Below are positions 34,496-48,860 of a DNA stretch of 64,000 bases, piece by piece; the stretch's first letter is position 1; each line of letters starts with the position of its first letter. Source of the DNA: Octopus sinensis (Eukaryota); assembly GCF_006345805.1 (NCBI RefSeq), contig NC_043001.1, positions 81,592,001 to 81,656,000 on the forward strand, given 5' to 3'. The position numbers and the translations under genes are program-made. The notes under the pieces are model-generated. The model did not search any database and was not told the DNA's origin. It saw only the letters and a program-made list of their open reading frames with translations.

Positions 34496-35514
34496 ATTGG
34501 ATATTTACTCTTATAAGAACAGAAAAAAGTTGCTAGTAGATGGCTGAGGGATGCAAACCCACATCCCTTAGATAACAGCTGAGTACTCTACCATTAAGCT
34601 AAATGGCCCCCTGATAGTTGTCACTGCCAATTTTAAAGATAAATTATAACCTATTTGAATGCGATAAGAATGTAACTTTTGAACACAGTAAAGCAGTGGG
34701 AACAGCAGAGAAAGATTGGGTATTTTACACTTATAAGTCAGAAAAAATTGCTAGTAGACAACAGCGGGATGCAAACCCACACCCCTCAGATACCAGCTGA
34801 GTATTCTGTTGGCAACTTTTTCCCATCATATAAGGGTAAATACTCAATCTTTCACTGCTGTCCATACAACTTTACTGCATTCGAAATTTATGTTCTTGTC
34901 TGCAAAATACCTACCTATTTTATGTTCAAACCAACCAGGTCCTACCTCTCACACTTACCCTACAGTGAAGGCACCTGATTTAGTGGTTAGGGTATCCGGC
35001 TTATAGTCATAAGGTTGTGAGTTCAATTCTCAACAGTCAGCAGATCGTGTGATAGGCAATCATGTGAACAGATGGTAAAATATAGGATAGAGGAAGAAAA
35101 AAAAAGAGTGAGAGAGAAAGAGGTAGAAAGAGAGCATGTAAAAGAAAAAGGTAGAAAAGTTTCTGCCGGATATCATAGAGAGTGTATATGAGAGAGGAAG
35201 TGGTAGAGACAGATTTTAATTAAGAGAAAATGAAGCGCTAGCTTAGTGGTATTTCTTTCAGTTCTTTATGCGCTGAGCCCCAATCTCATCAAGGTTAACT
35301 ATGGTTTTCATTCTTTCAGGGTCAATAAAGTAAGGAGCAGTCAGATACTGAGGTGAGGCAGGAGAGCGGGAGGTGGCACTGTAATTGACTACCCTCTCTC
35401 GTTATAATTGGTGGCCTTGCACCAGCATTTGACAGAATTATGAGAAAAAGTGAAAGATTATATGTGTATGATGAAGAGGGAGAGAGAGAAAGGAATATTT
35501 AAGAAGTATGCATA

Positions 35515-35863
35515 GGTGCAAGCATGGCTGTGCGTTAAGAAGCTTGCTTACCAATCATATGGTCCTGGGTCCAGTCCAACTGCATGGCACCTTGGGCAAG
35601 TGTCTTCTACTATAGTCTTGGCCTGACCAAAGCCTTGTGAGTGGATTTGGTTGACAAAGCCTTGTGAGTGGATTTGGTTGACAGAAACTGAAAGAAGCTC
35701 ATCATGTGTGTGTGTGTGTGTGTGTGTAGTTTGCTTACCAACCATATGGTTCCGGGTTCAGTCCTACTGTGTGGCACCTTGAGCAGGTGTCTTCTACTAC
35801 AGCCTAAGGCTGACCAAAGCCTTGTGAGTGGATTTGGTAGACTGAAACTAAAAGAAGCTCGTC

Positions 35864-35915
<52 letters not shown>

Positions 35916-36350
35916 GGAGCGAGGGTGTGTGTGTGTTTGTGTTTGTCCCCCACACCATCACTTGACAACCAATGTTGGTGTGTTTATGCCCCCATAACTT
36001 AGCAGTTTGGCAAAAGAGACCAATAGAATAAGTACTAGTCTTACAGAGAATACGTGCTAGAGTCAATTTGTTAGACTAAAGGTGGGGCTCCAGCATGGCT
36101 ACAATCAAATAACTGAAACGAATAAAAGAGTAAAAGAGAATGTATCTAAGTGTGTCTTTGTGTCTGCATGTGTCCCCTACCACCACTTGGCAACCGATGT
36201 TGGTGGGTTTATGATCCTGTAACTTAGCACTTTGGCAAAAGAGACTAACAGAATATGTACCAGAGTATAAAAAATAAATCCTGGGGTCAATGTGTTTGAC
36301 TAAAACCCTTCAAGGTGGTGCCCTAGTGATTGAAACAAATAAAATATAAA
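35515..36350 (+). mobile_element. cluster of same-strand SINE heads and tails
   Basis: Two heads (35515, 35730) and two tails (35935, 36170). Confidence 0.85.
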
Positions 36351-36446
36351 AGGCACATTTGAGATAATAATGGAGAATGAACAGAGGTGAATAAGTGAGA
36401 GAAGACGAAATAAATGACAGAACAACAAAGGTTTGAACCAGGAATG

Positions 36447-36669
36447 TTAACCTTTAAGCATTCACATTATTCTGTCAAAAGTAATCCTTATTCATCCACA
36501 TTGTTTTGCATTAATCATGCATTATCTTTCGGCTATGAGATTTTGATGAGGTAATTTTTTAGAATCACATTGCAGGGTAGGTGCGAGAGGCTGGATCAGG
36601 TCAGTTTGAACATAAAACAGGTAGTAATATATTGGCTGGATATGGTTGGTTCAAATGCTAAAGGGTTAA
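36447..36669. mobile_element. piggyBac-like MITE
   Basis: TTAA-CCTTTAAGCATTCA ... AAATGCTAAAGGG-TTAA. Confidence 0.85.
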
Positions 36670-37921
36670 AAATTACTGTGGTGATGGCGGTGGTTGATAT
36701 GGGACACAAAGATATCAACCCTGTCATTTTTGACAGGCACTACAGTAGTAGATGTGTGTGTGTGTGGGCATGTGCTAGAGTGTGTGCATGTGTATTTTTG
36801 TGTGTGTAGTTAGGAGAGTGTGAAATTGCTGGTAGGATTTCTGGTACATGTTGTGTGATAGAATTTAGAGAGAGGAGTGAAAGGGGTGTGGCAATGAAAG
36901 GGGCAGGTGAGAGAGAGAGAGAGAGAGAAAGAGCTGTTGTTAACTGGTTTATAGATGATGTATTGCATCATCAATACCACTACATCTCCACTATCACCAT
37001 TCTCTCATGCTTTATTAATACTACTGCTTCTTCCAGTATCATTATTACCATTGGTCTTCATCACATCACTGCCACCATACATCAACACTATAACCACCAC
37101 CACCACCACCACCACCAACTGCATACTGTGCCCCCTCATACCATCAGTCATCACATATCTCCACCTTCATATCAACACCACCACCACTGCAACTTGGTCC
37201 TTGACTACACCTTACCATTAAAACTAGCGCCAATACCTCCACACCATTAATATCAGAACCACCACTACAATTGAATAATACACAAGCCACTTAATAGACA
37301 GGCTAAGCCATTGTCTTTAAAACATGCGCAGTGTGTGTGGGATGGAGGTGAGGTAGGAAGATATTCCGACAAGAAATTTCTATCAGTGGATGTTTAGAAT
37401 AATGTCCATCACCACCACCTCTTCACCAAAGCCACTCATGTCCCCCTACCCATCATCATTAGTTACAGTACCATCAATACAGCCACCACAATGGAGTCTT
37501 TAAACACAAGGGTGGAGAAATTCCGAACAGAGAAGAGGTGCTTGAGTGTCCCTCCCACACTTAACAATAAAAGCAAAACAATTTAAGTTTCAACACCAAA
37601 AATAGTGATTTAATATGAATAACATAACGTGGAATTGGTAAAAGTAAAGATACAGTATTCTGAGATACACCAACTGGTAGGATCTTAATCTTCACTTTTA
37701 TGATACAAGCTTAAATTAAAAAGCTTCTATCAAAATTCCATCTTAATTAGTATTTCAAACACCAGCTTAATAAAAACACAGTTATTTTACTAAATTTTTC
37801 ACTATTTCCAAAATTAATATAAATGGAGGTTGTCTATTTTAATAGAAATATGGTAACAAAAGGGTTAAAGTGATCTGAATTAAAAACTTCCAGAATGTCA
37901 GGCTATGTTCCAAACACCAGC

Positions 37922-38152
37922 TTAACCCATTAAGTCCCACTGTCCTATAAATAGGGCACTAAATGAGAACATTAAATAAGCTATATCACATTGTCTCAGT
38001 GTCCTATTTATAGGACACCGAGTATTTCCATTTCTACTTGAAGTAAAGGAGTTTTAATAATTATTTTTTTCATTTTAACCTATTTTCAATCATCTGTAAA
38101 AATTTAAAAGTAATATTCAGAAATTTAAGTACTCTGGGACTTAATGGGTTAA
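37922..38152. mobile_element. piggyBac-like MITE (second family) inserted in a ~163-bp AT-rich monomer
   Basis: Perfect 14-bp TIR CCCATTAAGTCCCA / TGGGACTTAATGGG with TTAA TSD; the host monomer AACACCAGCTTAA|TAAAGACA is split cleanly. Confidence 0.92.
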
Positions 38153-40089
38153 TAAAGACAAAATTATGTCACTAAACTTTTCACTATTTCCAAAATTAAC
38201 ATAAATGGAGGCAGTTTATATCAAGAGAAATATAATTACAAAGGGGCCAAATACTTTCAATGTACCCCTGGCACAAAAATGGTACCCTGCACTAAGTTGA
38301 TCAGCCTGTTAGGAATAGAAGCAAAATCTGCCTCAAATAACACCTTGTCAACTTAGGTGGGAGGGAAAAATTCAGGACATGTTCGACAAATAGTTTGAAA
38401 TATACTGTGTGGAAAAAGATGGGATAGTTTGGGCTAGAATACCTACTCAGTTGGGTGCACCCAATACTCAAGATTAAACAACCAAATTACCAATGCTATC
38501 ATTATCATCAATAACCACACAACACCATTTTCAGTATACACCATGGCTTTAACATCCACTTTTCCATGCTAGCATGGGTTGGACAGAGTTTATCTGAGTA
38601 AGATATTCTATGACCAGGTGCCCTTCCTGTGAGTATTTTTCATAGATAGAAACTGAAAGCTCATCATGTATATACACATATGTGAGTGAGTGTTTCCCCC
38701 ACCACCACCACCACTGCTTGACAACTGGTGTTGGTTTGTTTACACCTCTGAAACTTAGCAGTTAGACAAAATAGACCGATATAAGAAGTACCAGGCTTAA
38801 AGAAAAATAATAAGCATTAAATTCAATTTGGTCAACTAAAACTTTAAAAACAATGCTCCAGCATTGCCACAGTCTAATTGACTGAAGCAAGTAAAAGGTA
38901 ACTTAATTGCTATCACTATTAGAGGTAGATTGACTACAAAGGTTTATTGACTGATTACAGATATCAATTAACCATGAAGAAAGTTCACTGAGAAAATATA
39001 TTCATAGTATCTCACCATTAATAGTTAAAAACTATTTTATTGTAATAAAAAAAATCACCCCCACAAAAAAAACAACAACAGTGAATTGATGATGCTGAGG
39101 TGAGATATGAACTCTGAATGCAAATGTTAGTGGTCTGATAGTTTACCTTCCAATTCCATGTTTGTTGTTAAGAGGACATACAAGGATCTATTACTTTTAT
39201 AAATGGATTCAGTCATAAGACCACAGCCATGCTAGAACACTACCTTGAAGAATTTTTAGTCGAATAAATCAGGAACCATGTGGTTGGAAATCAAGCTTCT
39301 TAGCTACACAGCTATAGCTGTTCCTGTGTTGTGTATGTATACATACGCACACAAGAGCATGCTTATATATGGGTGAAGGGATGGTAGTGTGGTTGAGAAG
39401 CCTGCTTCCCAGCCATGTGGCTTTTGGTTTAGTCCTGCTGCACAGCACTTTGGACAAGTATTTTCTACTCAGCTCAACACCAACCAAAGCCTTGTGAGTG
39501 AATTTTGTTATTGGAAAATGAAAGAAACTGATCATATATGTATGTGTATGCATGTATTGATGTGCACCATGCGAAACCACAATGATATTTTGGTTCATTG
39601 ACAGACGAGGAAAACTCAGTTGTGAATATTTTGTGCATCGTGTCTTAAAGTCTATATTTCCTGTCTGTTAAGTTTACGCATAGTTTTCCATTTGCTTTGC
39701 TTTCGTCCAACGTTTTCTCCTTGTGTTCTGTCTGTTCAATCCTTGATATATACATGCACATATGTACATAAATGTGCATGAGTATATCTGTGTTTGTGTC
39801 TCTTTGTCTTGACATTGTGCAATATTTGTAAGCAAACATCACCATTCTACAATTGCTGGCATTCATTTCCAGTCTTTCATGGAAATATGTCCAGCCACTG
39901 GGGAAATATTTACCTTACATGGAAACATTGAGGATTGGTGATAGGAAAGGCACCTGGCTATGAGAATCTCCCTCAACACATTCTTTCCGATTCAAGCAAG
40001 CATAGAAATGTGGTTATTAAGATGATGACATACATACATGCGTATGTATGTCATCAGACACTTGTATTGACAGAATACAGTATAAGATA

Positions 40090-40169
<80 letters not shown>

Positions 40170-42769
40170 CAAAAAAAATATGAAAATGAGGTACAAAACA
40201 AACAACAAAATGTATCAGATTTACACTCAGGGACAATAGAAGGAAAAGTGTTTTATGCTTCAAGCATATGCTTTTCTACAGAAAGAAAAAAACAAGAAGA
40301 GATAAAATTGGAGAGAGGAAAGAACAAATGTGTCTCAATTAAACAGTTACCACATACTGAAATGACCGGAAGAAGATGAGGTTGCTTATGAAGTGATAAG
40401 GGGGAAAGAGTTGACAGAAGCCTGGGAAGGGGAGGTGACAATATAATATAATTTGTTTGTTCCATCATTTAAAATTTGTCTTTCTATGCTAGCATGGGTT
40501 GAGCTAATAATATTTTTGAGGTATAATTTTTGAAGCTAAATGTCCTTTCTATTACTAACTCTCACCTGTTTTTCAAACAAGGGACATTTAGTACAGTGCA
40601 TCTTTTCAAAACAAAGCTAGCCACTGATCTCTTGACAACTAAATGTCAACAAAACATCACCATTTTTAGTTCAGTACTTTTCCTGTGAAGCAAGGGTTGT
40701 AAATATTCACAGAGAAGTTTGTGCGTGTGTCCACACGCATGTACACATTTGCACTGGATGAGCTTCTGCACAGTTTCCATCTATTAACTCCACTCTCAAA
40801 GTGTTGGTTCAGTCAAGGATACAAGACACTTGCCCAAGGTGCCATGAAGTGAAACAGAACTCAAGACCAGATAGTAACAAAGCAAACACTGTCTCCACAA
40901 AACCATGTCTGCACCACACATGTGTGTGTGCATGTATGTACATGTGAATCTATATATGTGTTTATATATATATATATATTTTTTTTTTTCGTTGTTATTA
41001 TGTAAAAGTATAAGTCCAAAACGTAGCTTTTTTCAGAAAACAAAAAATGTTTTCACCATTCCATTTCTTTTTACATTAGCAACAGTTTCAGCTTAACAAT
41101 AAATACTTTGTTGGGTGCATAAAATCGTAACTCCATGCATGTATGATATTTTCAGTCAGAAATATTTTTGCAAAACTGTCGTATGTGGGACTTACTACAC
41201 ATTTGAAAAATGCTAAACCATTGTACTACACTTTGACAATTTTTATATCTTGGAATCTGAAGCAGCTGGAGATAGGATAGTTTGACCAAAAGTTCTGGTT
41301 ATTGCAATTAAAATTCAATATTGAAAAAAATGCATTTGGCCAAATTTAGACATGTGGCAGTTTAACGTAACAGTAACAATATATATATATTGCAAACAAC
41401 TTTATAAGCAGGTGGTATCTGTTGTCAGGGGTCTCTTGGCTTAATGGTATAGAGTGTGTAACTGAAATCCAAGAGGTTCAGGGTTTGCTTCCCTGTTGAG
41501 GCTTCCTGGCCAAAAATACCCACAAGGCTTTGGTTATCCTGGGGCTTTCTTAAAAGACACTAGTCCAAGGTGCCACTCAGTGGGGTTGAACTCAAGGCCA
41601 CATGGCTGGGAAGCTAGCTTTTTAACCACATAGCCACATCTGCACCTATGCCCAAGATAATTTTGTTTTATTTAAATAATTGTTTGACTTATCCTCAATG
41701 AAGATTTTTGATCCCTCTGACATATGTCAATAACCCAAACCAAAACAAGATTCATATATCTTGACAATGACAATCATTGTTATATTTCCCATTATTCCAT
41801 TAAGGATAAAAAAAAGGACAAACCTGTCTGTCTGTAAGTCTGTATGTATATGTGTGTGTGTGTGTGTGTGTATGTAATATCATCTGAAGTGTATAGTATT
41901 ATATATCTATCATGGCTAATCTTACCAGTCAGTTTTGTGCTAGGGGTACAACAGAGTGTTAGGTAACAATCTGATTATATAATCCTACACTCATCAGAGG
42001 TAGCTGATATGGAATGAAATATAGCAACTGCTATTATTGGAGGTGAATGTGTATATGCTAAGAGCCAACAATGGCTTAAGATCGATGGCTTAAAAGAGAT
42101 GACCTAGTTCTATAATAATGTCATATTGACCAAATTCCTTCCTTCCTTCTCTTTTTCTGTGGCAGTTGGTTTGTTTTGGATCTGAAGATGTTAGCTTCCT
42201 ATCCACATAGTTCTGAATTCAGTCCCACTGCATGGAACCTTGGGCAAGTGTCTTCTACTACAGCCTCGCGCCAACCAAAGCCTTGTGTGTGTGAAAGAGA
42301 GATTAATAAAGGATAAGTAATCTACGCAAAATACTCAAGCTCCTCTGTAGATGAAAATACACCAGGCTAACAAAGAATACTTCTGATTAATATTGTACTC
42401 CAGGTAATCCCTAGTCTAAGTCCATCACTAGACAAATTAGTAAATCCATGGTTCCATTACTAAGTTAAAATGGTATGTTTTTCCTGAATGATGCATAAAA
42501 TAGACAAAAATAATGGATTATATGCATTTATTTATTTATTATGAGCTTACAGCTGTTTCACATGTGTTTGGGTATGTTCATGGTTCAATCCTGTCTATTG
42601 AATACATATATATATATATATATAATGGGCTTCTTTCAGTTTCCGCCTACCAAATCCACTCACAAGGCTTTGGTTGGCTCGAGGCTATAGTAGGAGACAC
42701 TTGCCCAAGGTGCCATGCAGTGGGAATGAACCCAGAACCATGTGGTTGGTAAGCAAGCTAGTAATCTAA

Positions 42770-43628
42770 ATTAAAACGTTCCATCAAAATTTCATGTTAT
42801 GTTCCAAATACTAGTTTAAGAACAGACAAAGCTATTTCTAATTTAAGAACGGACAAAGTTATTTCACTGAATTCTTTAAATTTTTCAAAATTAATTGAAA
42901 CATAGGCAGGGTATTTCAGCAGAAATATAGTAATAAAAAGGTTAAAGTGATCTGAATATACAAAAAAACAAAAAACAAACAAAATAAAGCCCTCTCTCAA
43001 AATTTTGTGATAATTTATGTTCTAAACACCAACTTAATAACGAGAGAGTTATTTCATTGAATTATTCATTATTTTCAAAATTAATCGGAACAAAGGCAGT
43101 GTATTTCGGCAGAGATATGTTAATAAAATGGTTAATGTGATCTAAATTCAAAAGCTTCTGTCAAAATTTCATGTTATGTTCCAAATACTAGTTTAAGAAT
43201 TGCCAAAGTTATTTCACTAAATACTTAAAATTTTTTCAAAATAAATGGAAACAAAGGCAGGGTATTTCAGCAGAAATCTTGTCTTAAAAAAGTTAAAGTG
43301 GTCTAAATCATAAAACGTTCCCTCAAAATTTTGTGATAATTTATGTTCTAAACATTAATTTGATAACAACAAAGTTATTTCACTAATTCTTCATAATTAT
43401 AAAAATTAATTAAAACAAAGGCAGGGTATTTCAACAGAAATATGTTAATAAAGTAGATAAAGTGATCTAAATTATAAAACCTTCCCTCAAAATTTCATGT
43501 TAAATTATGTTCCAAACACCAACTTAATAGCGACAAAGTTATTTCACTAAATTCTTTAGTATTTTCAAAATTAATCGAAATAAAGACAGTGTAATTTGAT
43601 AGAAATATGAGAACAAAAGGGTTAAATG
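42770..43628. repeat. tandem array of ~163-bp AT-rich monomers (about 5 copies)
   Basis: AAA(G)GGTTAAAGTGATCT junctions near 42940, 43130, 43290, 43450 and 43620; related monomers at 37690-38250, 61510-61660, 62130-62300 and 62705-62870. Confidence 0.85.
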
Positions 43629-44429
43629 CCTTGATGATGACTCTCACACACATAGAATTACTCAACAATAAAAACTCTGATCATGTGGAATTAAGACTGA
43701 TTTAATTAGGTCAATCTCAAAACGGCGCTTTTCCAAGGCTATACTGAAAATTATCTTTTCACAATTTTTTTTTTTCTACTATGAAAAAAATTAATTAATT
43801 AGAGATAAGATAGAGGGAAAAAAATACACCAGATTTAGAACTTTACAAGTGTTTAATTCCTTGAAATAGAAATTATATATTTAATACACAAGAGTCTTTT
43901 GATACCGTTTATTTGTAAATATAAACTGATATACTGACATCATTCTCAACTGATGAAAACAGGAAGCTTCTAGAATTGGTTTATTCACATCAAAATCATA
44001 TGTTTAATTATATGCTACACCTTGCCAAAAAATGTTTTTTACTCACAATCCAAAGAAAAAAGGAAAAAAAAAGATGCAATTAACCGAAACAGAATACCTG
44101 CATATGCAATTAAGCAATCAATTTTTTACATGGGCTTGATGCTAAATAGTTCAGCGTTAAGCAATTCTATGTAATTATCCAGTATGCAATTAAACGACTG
44201 TGCGTGTGTTTATGTGTGTATTATAGGGTGGTACAGGGTATGGTTTCAGCATTTCATATACCAGGCATTCATTACTCTCAGCAGGGACAAACCCTTCATG
44301 TTTTAATTACACACCTAATTGCATTAGCATCAGACTGAACCAAGATAGTGCAGAAGATAAAGCCTAAAGATATATATATGTGTATGTGTATGTTTGTATG
44401 TATGTCTCTCTCTTCTCTCTCTCTACCTG

Positions 44430-44479
<50 letters not shown>

Positions 44480-44481
<2 letters not shown>

Positions 44482-45011
44482 TGTACATATGTGTGTGCGC
44501 GTCTATGTATATATATACATATATATATATATAGATATATATAGTTACCATGACAACAAATAGCGGCACTAAGATGCATTTTTTCCATTAAGTGAGCATC
44601 ACATGTACATGGAATGGCAGTTTGAGATTCTATAATTCCCTTATGGACAGGGATATATACCACTGTGTCTGTGTATATACATGTATATCTCTATTTATCT
44701 AGATATGTGTTATCTATCTATCTATCTATATATATATTATATATATATATATAATATATATATATATATAATATATATATATATATAGATGTACATATGT
44801 GTGTGCGCGTCTATGTATATATATACATATATATAGATATATATAGTTACCATGACAACAAATAGCGGCACTAAGATGCATTTTTTCCATTAAGTGAGCA
44901 TCACATGTACATGGAATGGCAGTTTGAGATTCTATAATTCCCTTATGGACAGGGATATATACCACTGTGTCTGTGTATATACATGTATATCTCTATTTAT
45001 CTAGATATGTG

Positions 45012-45030
<19 letters not shown>
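44480..45030. repeat. ~308-bp tandem duplication between (TA)n tracts
   Basis: GATGTACATATGTGTGTGCGCG at 44480 and 44788; unique core is identical. Confidence 0.92.
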
Positions 45031-45093
<63 letters not shown>

Positions 45094-45099
45094 TGTATT

Positions 45100-45316
45100 C
45101 ATTTATTCTTTTACTTGTTTCAGTCATTTTGACCGTGGCCATGCTGGAGCACCGCCTTTAGTTGAGCAAATCGTCCTCAGGACTTATTCGTTGTAAGCCT
45201 TATACTTATTCTGTCAGTCTCTTTTGCCAAACTGCTAAGTTACAGGGATGTAAATGCACCAGCATCGGTTGTCAAGCAATGTTGGGGGTGACAAACATAG
45301 ACACACAAACATAAAT

Positions 45317-45349
<33 letters not shown>

Positions 45350-45515
45350 CACGACGAGCTTCTTTCAGTTTCCACCTATCAAATCCACTCACAAGCCTTT
45401 GGTCGGCCCGAGGCTATAGAAGAAGACACTTGCCCAAGGTGCCACGCAGTGGGACTGAACCCAGAACCATGTTGTTGGTAAGCAAGCTACTTACCACACA
45501 GCCACTCCTATGCCT
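45100..45515 (-). mobile_element. composite SINE
   Basis: Near-consensus reverse copy. Confidence 0.9.
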
Positions 45516-46149
45516 GTTTGTATTTATGCATATATACAAAGGTTATGGGGCTGTTAAAGCAAATAGGTGGGGATGCTAACTATGAATGCGCCCCACCACC
45601 ACCACCATCACCTCACACACACGGGTATATTTACGTGTAAATACACGGATATATGTATAGGGACACATGTACACACTTATATACGTACATATACCTAAAT
45701 CACATTCATACACATTGATGATGCAAGCAAATACACACATGATATATAGCACACACATATACAAGAGTCTGTTTGTATATGCATGTGTGTGTGTGTGTGT
45801 GTGTGTGTTTTGGAGAGAGAGAGAGGGAGGGAGAGAGAGAGGGAGAGAGAGAGAGGTGGGGACTTGACATGATGCAATGTAAAATGAAATAAAGAGAAGA
45901 GACAGACAAAAAGTTAAAGAGAAGGAGATGGGGGGGGGATAAAGACAAGAGAGAGGGAGAAGAAAAAATAGAAGGTAGAGATAGTCATAGAAGAAAAGGT
46001 GGTGAGAGAGAGGGAGAGAGAGAATGGTAGGTAGGTAGGTAAAGCGATAATATATGAAGTGTTATGTCATCAGAGCGGTAATATATAACATATTAATGAT
46101 TACACATACAGAGATCTAACCACACTTATACATACAGCTATGCATGGAC

Positions 46150-47050
46150 CTAGAAACACACACAACCACAAACAACAGACTTAACCACATACACACACAA
46201 TCTTATCTAGACCCAGACGCACATACAACCATATACAGGCATATACACATATACAACCGTGTACAGATGCACATATATCTGCATACAACCATATACAGAT
46301 CTGTCCATACACGCATGCAACCACATTCAAACCTATACACACATGTACACATACAACCATATACAGACATATACATATACAACTGTATACAAACATACAC
46401 AACATATATGCATACAACCATACACAAATCTGTCCATACATACATACATACGACCACATCCAAACCTATACACAGAATCATATACAGACATACTCATATC
46501 TGCATACAACCATATACAGATTTGTCCATACACATGTACAGCCACATTGAAACCTATACACACATATACAATTCTATACAGACATATACAAACATACACA
46601 TATATGCATACAACTATATACAGATCTGTCCATACACACGTACAGCCACATTGAAATCTATACACACATATACACATACAACTATATACAGATCTGTCCA
46701 TACACATGTACAACCACATCCAAACCTATACACATACAATCATATACAGACATACACATTTACAACTGTATACAGACACACACACACATAAGCATACACC
46801 CATATACAGATCTGTACATTTACACATACAGCCACAGAGACACATAAACACATACAACCATATACAGGCATACACATATCTGCATACAACTATATACACA
46901 TCTGTCCATGCACACATAAAAATCACATTCAAACCTATACACACACATATACACATACAACTATATACAGATCTGTGCATTCACACATACAGCCACATAC
47001 AAACCTATACACACATATACACATACAACCATATACAAACCTAGACATAT
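46150..47050. repeat. degenerate CA/TA-rich minisatellite (CATACAACCATATACAGATCTGTCCATAC motif)
   Basis: Motif recurs at irregular 65-130 bp spacing; explains the overlapping H/T/Y/I-rich ORFs. Confidence 0.85.
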
Positions 47051-47661
47051 ACTCACAACCTTGTAGAGACCCCCCACCTCTGCCACAATCTCCATATACA
47101 TACATTCAAGTCAAAACAAAATCTTAAACAATGGAAATGCTAGCCTTAAATGTTTAATTGGCTGATGTGTGTATATGTATGTGTCTGTCTATATATCATC
47201 ATCATCGTTTAACGTCATACACACACAAGTGTGTATCTGTGTATATTTTTCAATCTGCATGTATATCTAACTATATCATACATCATTGTAAATAGAGCAG
47301 GTGTGTGTATGAATCTGAACGTTTGTAGTTGTGTATGTATGTATATATTTTCCAATCTGTGCGTGTGTCTAGTTATAATACATTATACCTCATGGCATAC
47401 AAAGCATGTGTGTGTGTGTGTATACGAGAGAGAGAGAGTGTGTGTGTTTATATAGTAGTGTATGTGTGAGTATATATATCTTTCAATCTGTGCATATATC
47501 TAGCTAGGAGACATTATACATCACTGCAAATAAAGCTCAAGTATGTGTGAGTGTATGTACGAGTCTGTGTGTTTATACAGTTCTGTATATGCATGTGTAT
47601 ATACATCTATCAATGTGTATGAATGTCTAGCTACAACACAGAACACAGCACTGCAAATAAG

Positions 47662-47698
<37 letters not shown>

Positions 47699-47875
47699 AG
47701 TTTGTGTTTATATAGGTGTGTGTGAGTGTACATGTCTAGCTATTTACACATTATACATCACTGCAAATAAAGCAAATGTGTGTGTATGTGTGTTTATGTA
47801 GTTGTATATATGTATATCTCTTAGTCTGTGTCTAGCTATTATGCATTATATACACATCACTGCAAAAAATGCAAA

Positions 47876-47909
<34 letters not shown>

Positions 47910-48289
47910 CTATATCTATATATATATATACATACATTTATATATAACAATGCAAATTGTGTGTGTATGTGCTGCAAAATATTAAAAAGATCATTTATAT
48001 GTAGACACACACACACAACAAGCAATACACTACAACACATACCATAACACATAATACACCACATGTAAAATACTACAGTACATGCCATACCAGCCACATA
48101 ACTCTCTACATCAAACACAACTGAACTACACACCTGTACTATATAACACAACAAAACACAGCTAATACTACAACACATACAACAAAACTGCAGCAACATG
48201 TGCTATGCAGTGCACTACTATATATTATAATATACACGTGCAGTACAGTAGAACACCGCAGTACTATAACGCATATACACACTATGATA

Positions 48290-48860
48290 GTATACATACA
48301 TGATACAGTAGAACAGTTGTACTACAACACAAACACACTTTACAGTAATTCTCAGCTAAACTACAACACACACCCACCCAAACACACTATGATAGTACAC
48401 TGCTATACTATAACACATATATAGTAGAGCACAGTTGTACTACAACATATACACACTTTACAGTAATTCTCAGCTAAACTACAACACACACCCACCCAAA
48501 CACACTATGATAGTGCACTGCTATACTACAACACATATATAGTAGAGCACAGTTGTACTACAACATATACACACTTAACAGTAATTCTCAGCTAGACTAC
48601 AACACACACCCACCCAAACACACTATGATAGTACACTGCTATACTACAACACATATATAGTAGAACACAGTTGTACTACAACATATTCACACTTAACAGT
48701 AATTCTCAGCTAGACTACAACACACACACAAACACACTATGATAGTACACTGCTATACTACAACACATACACACTTTACAGTAATTCTCAGCTAGACTAC
48801 AACACACACACAAACACACTATGATAGTACACTGCTATACTATAACACAATAAAATAGAA
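48290..48860. repeat. 118-bp minisatellite (about 4.5 copies)
   Basis: CAGTAATTCTCAGCTA at 48343, 48461, 48579, 48697 and 48779 (last unit shortened). Confidence 0.92.

Noticed and set aside
39595-39760. Penelope-like fragment with CAGACGAGGAAAACTCAG
   Set aside because: The core is altered and helix II is absent; too decayed to call.
41428-41500. tRNA-like sequence with A and B boxes
   Set aside because: The anticodon stem does not pair and the B-box is degenerate. It is a SINE head or relic, not a tRNA gene. No true tRNA or rRNA genes were found.
46144-47044. Overlapping 84-215 aa ORFs in several frames
   Set aside because: Stop-poor minisatellite; H/T/Y/I or C/V/M composition on both strands.
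48290-48860. Regularly spaced repeats resembling a CRISPR array (also 470-985 and 51060-56760)
   Set aside because: The 'spacers' are themselves repeated or are microsatellites, there are no cas genes, and the context is eukaryotic.
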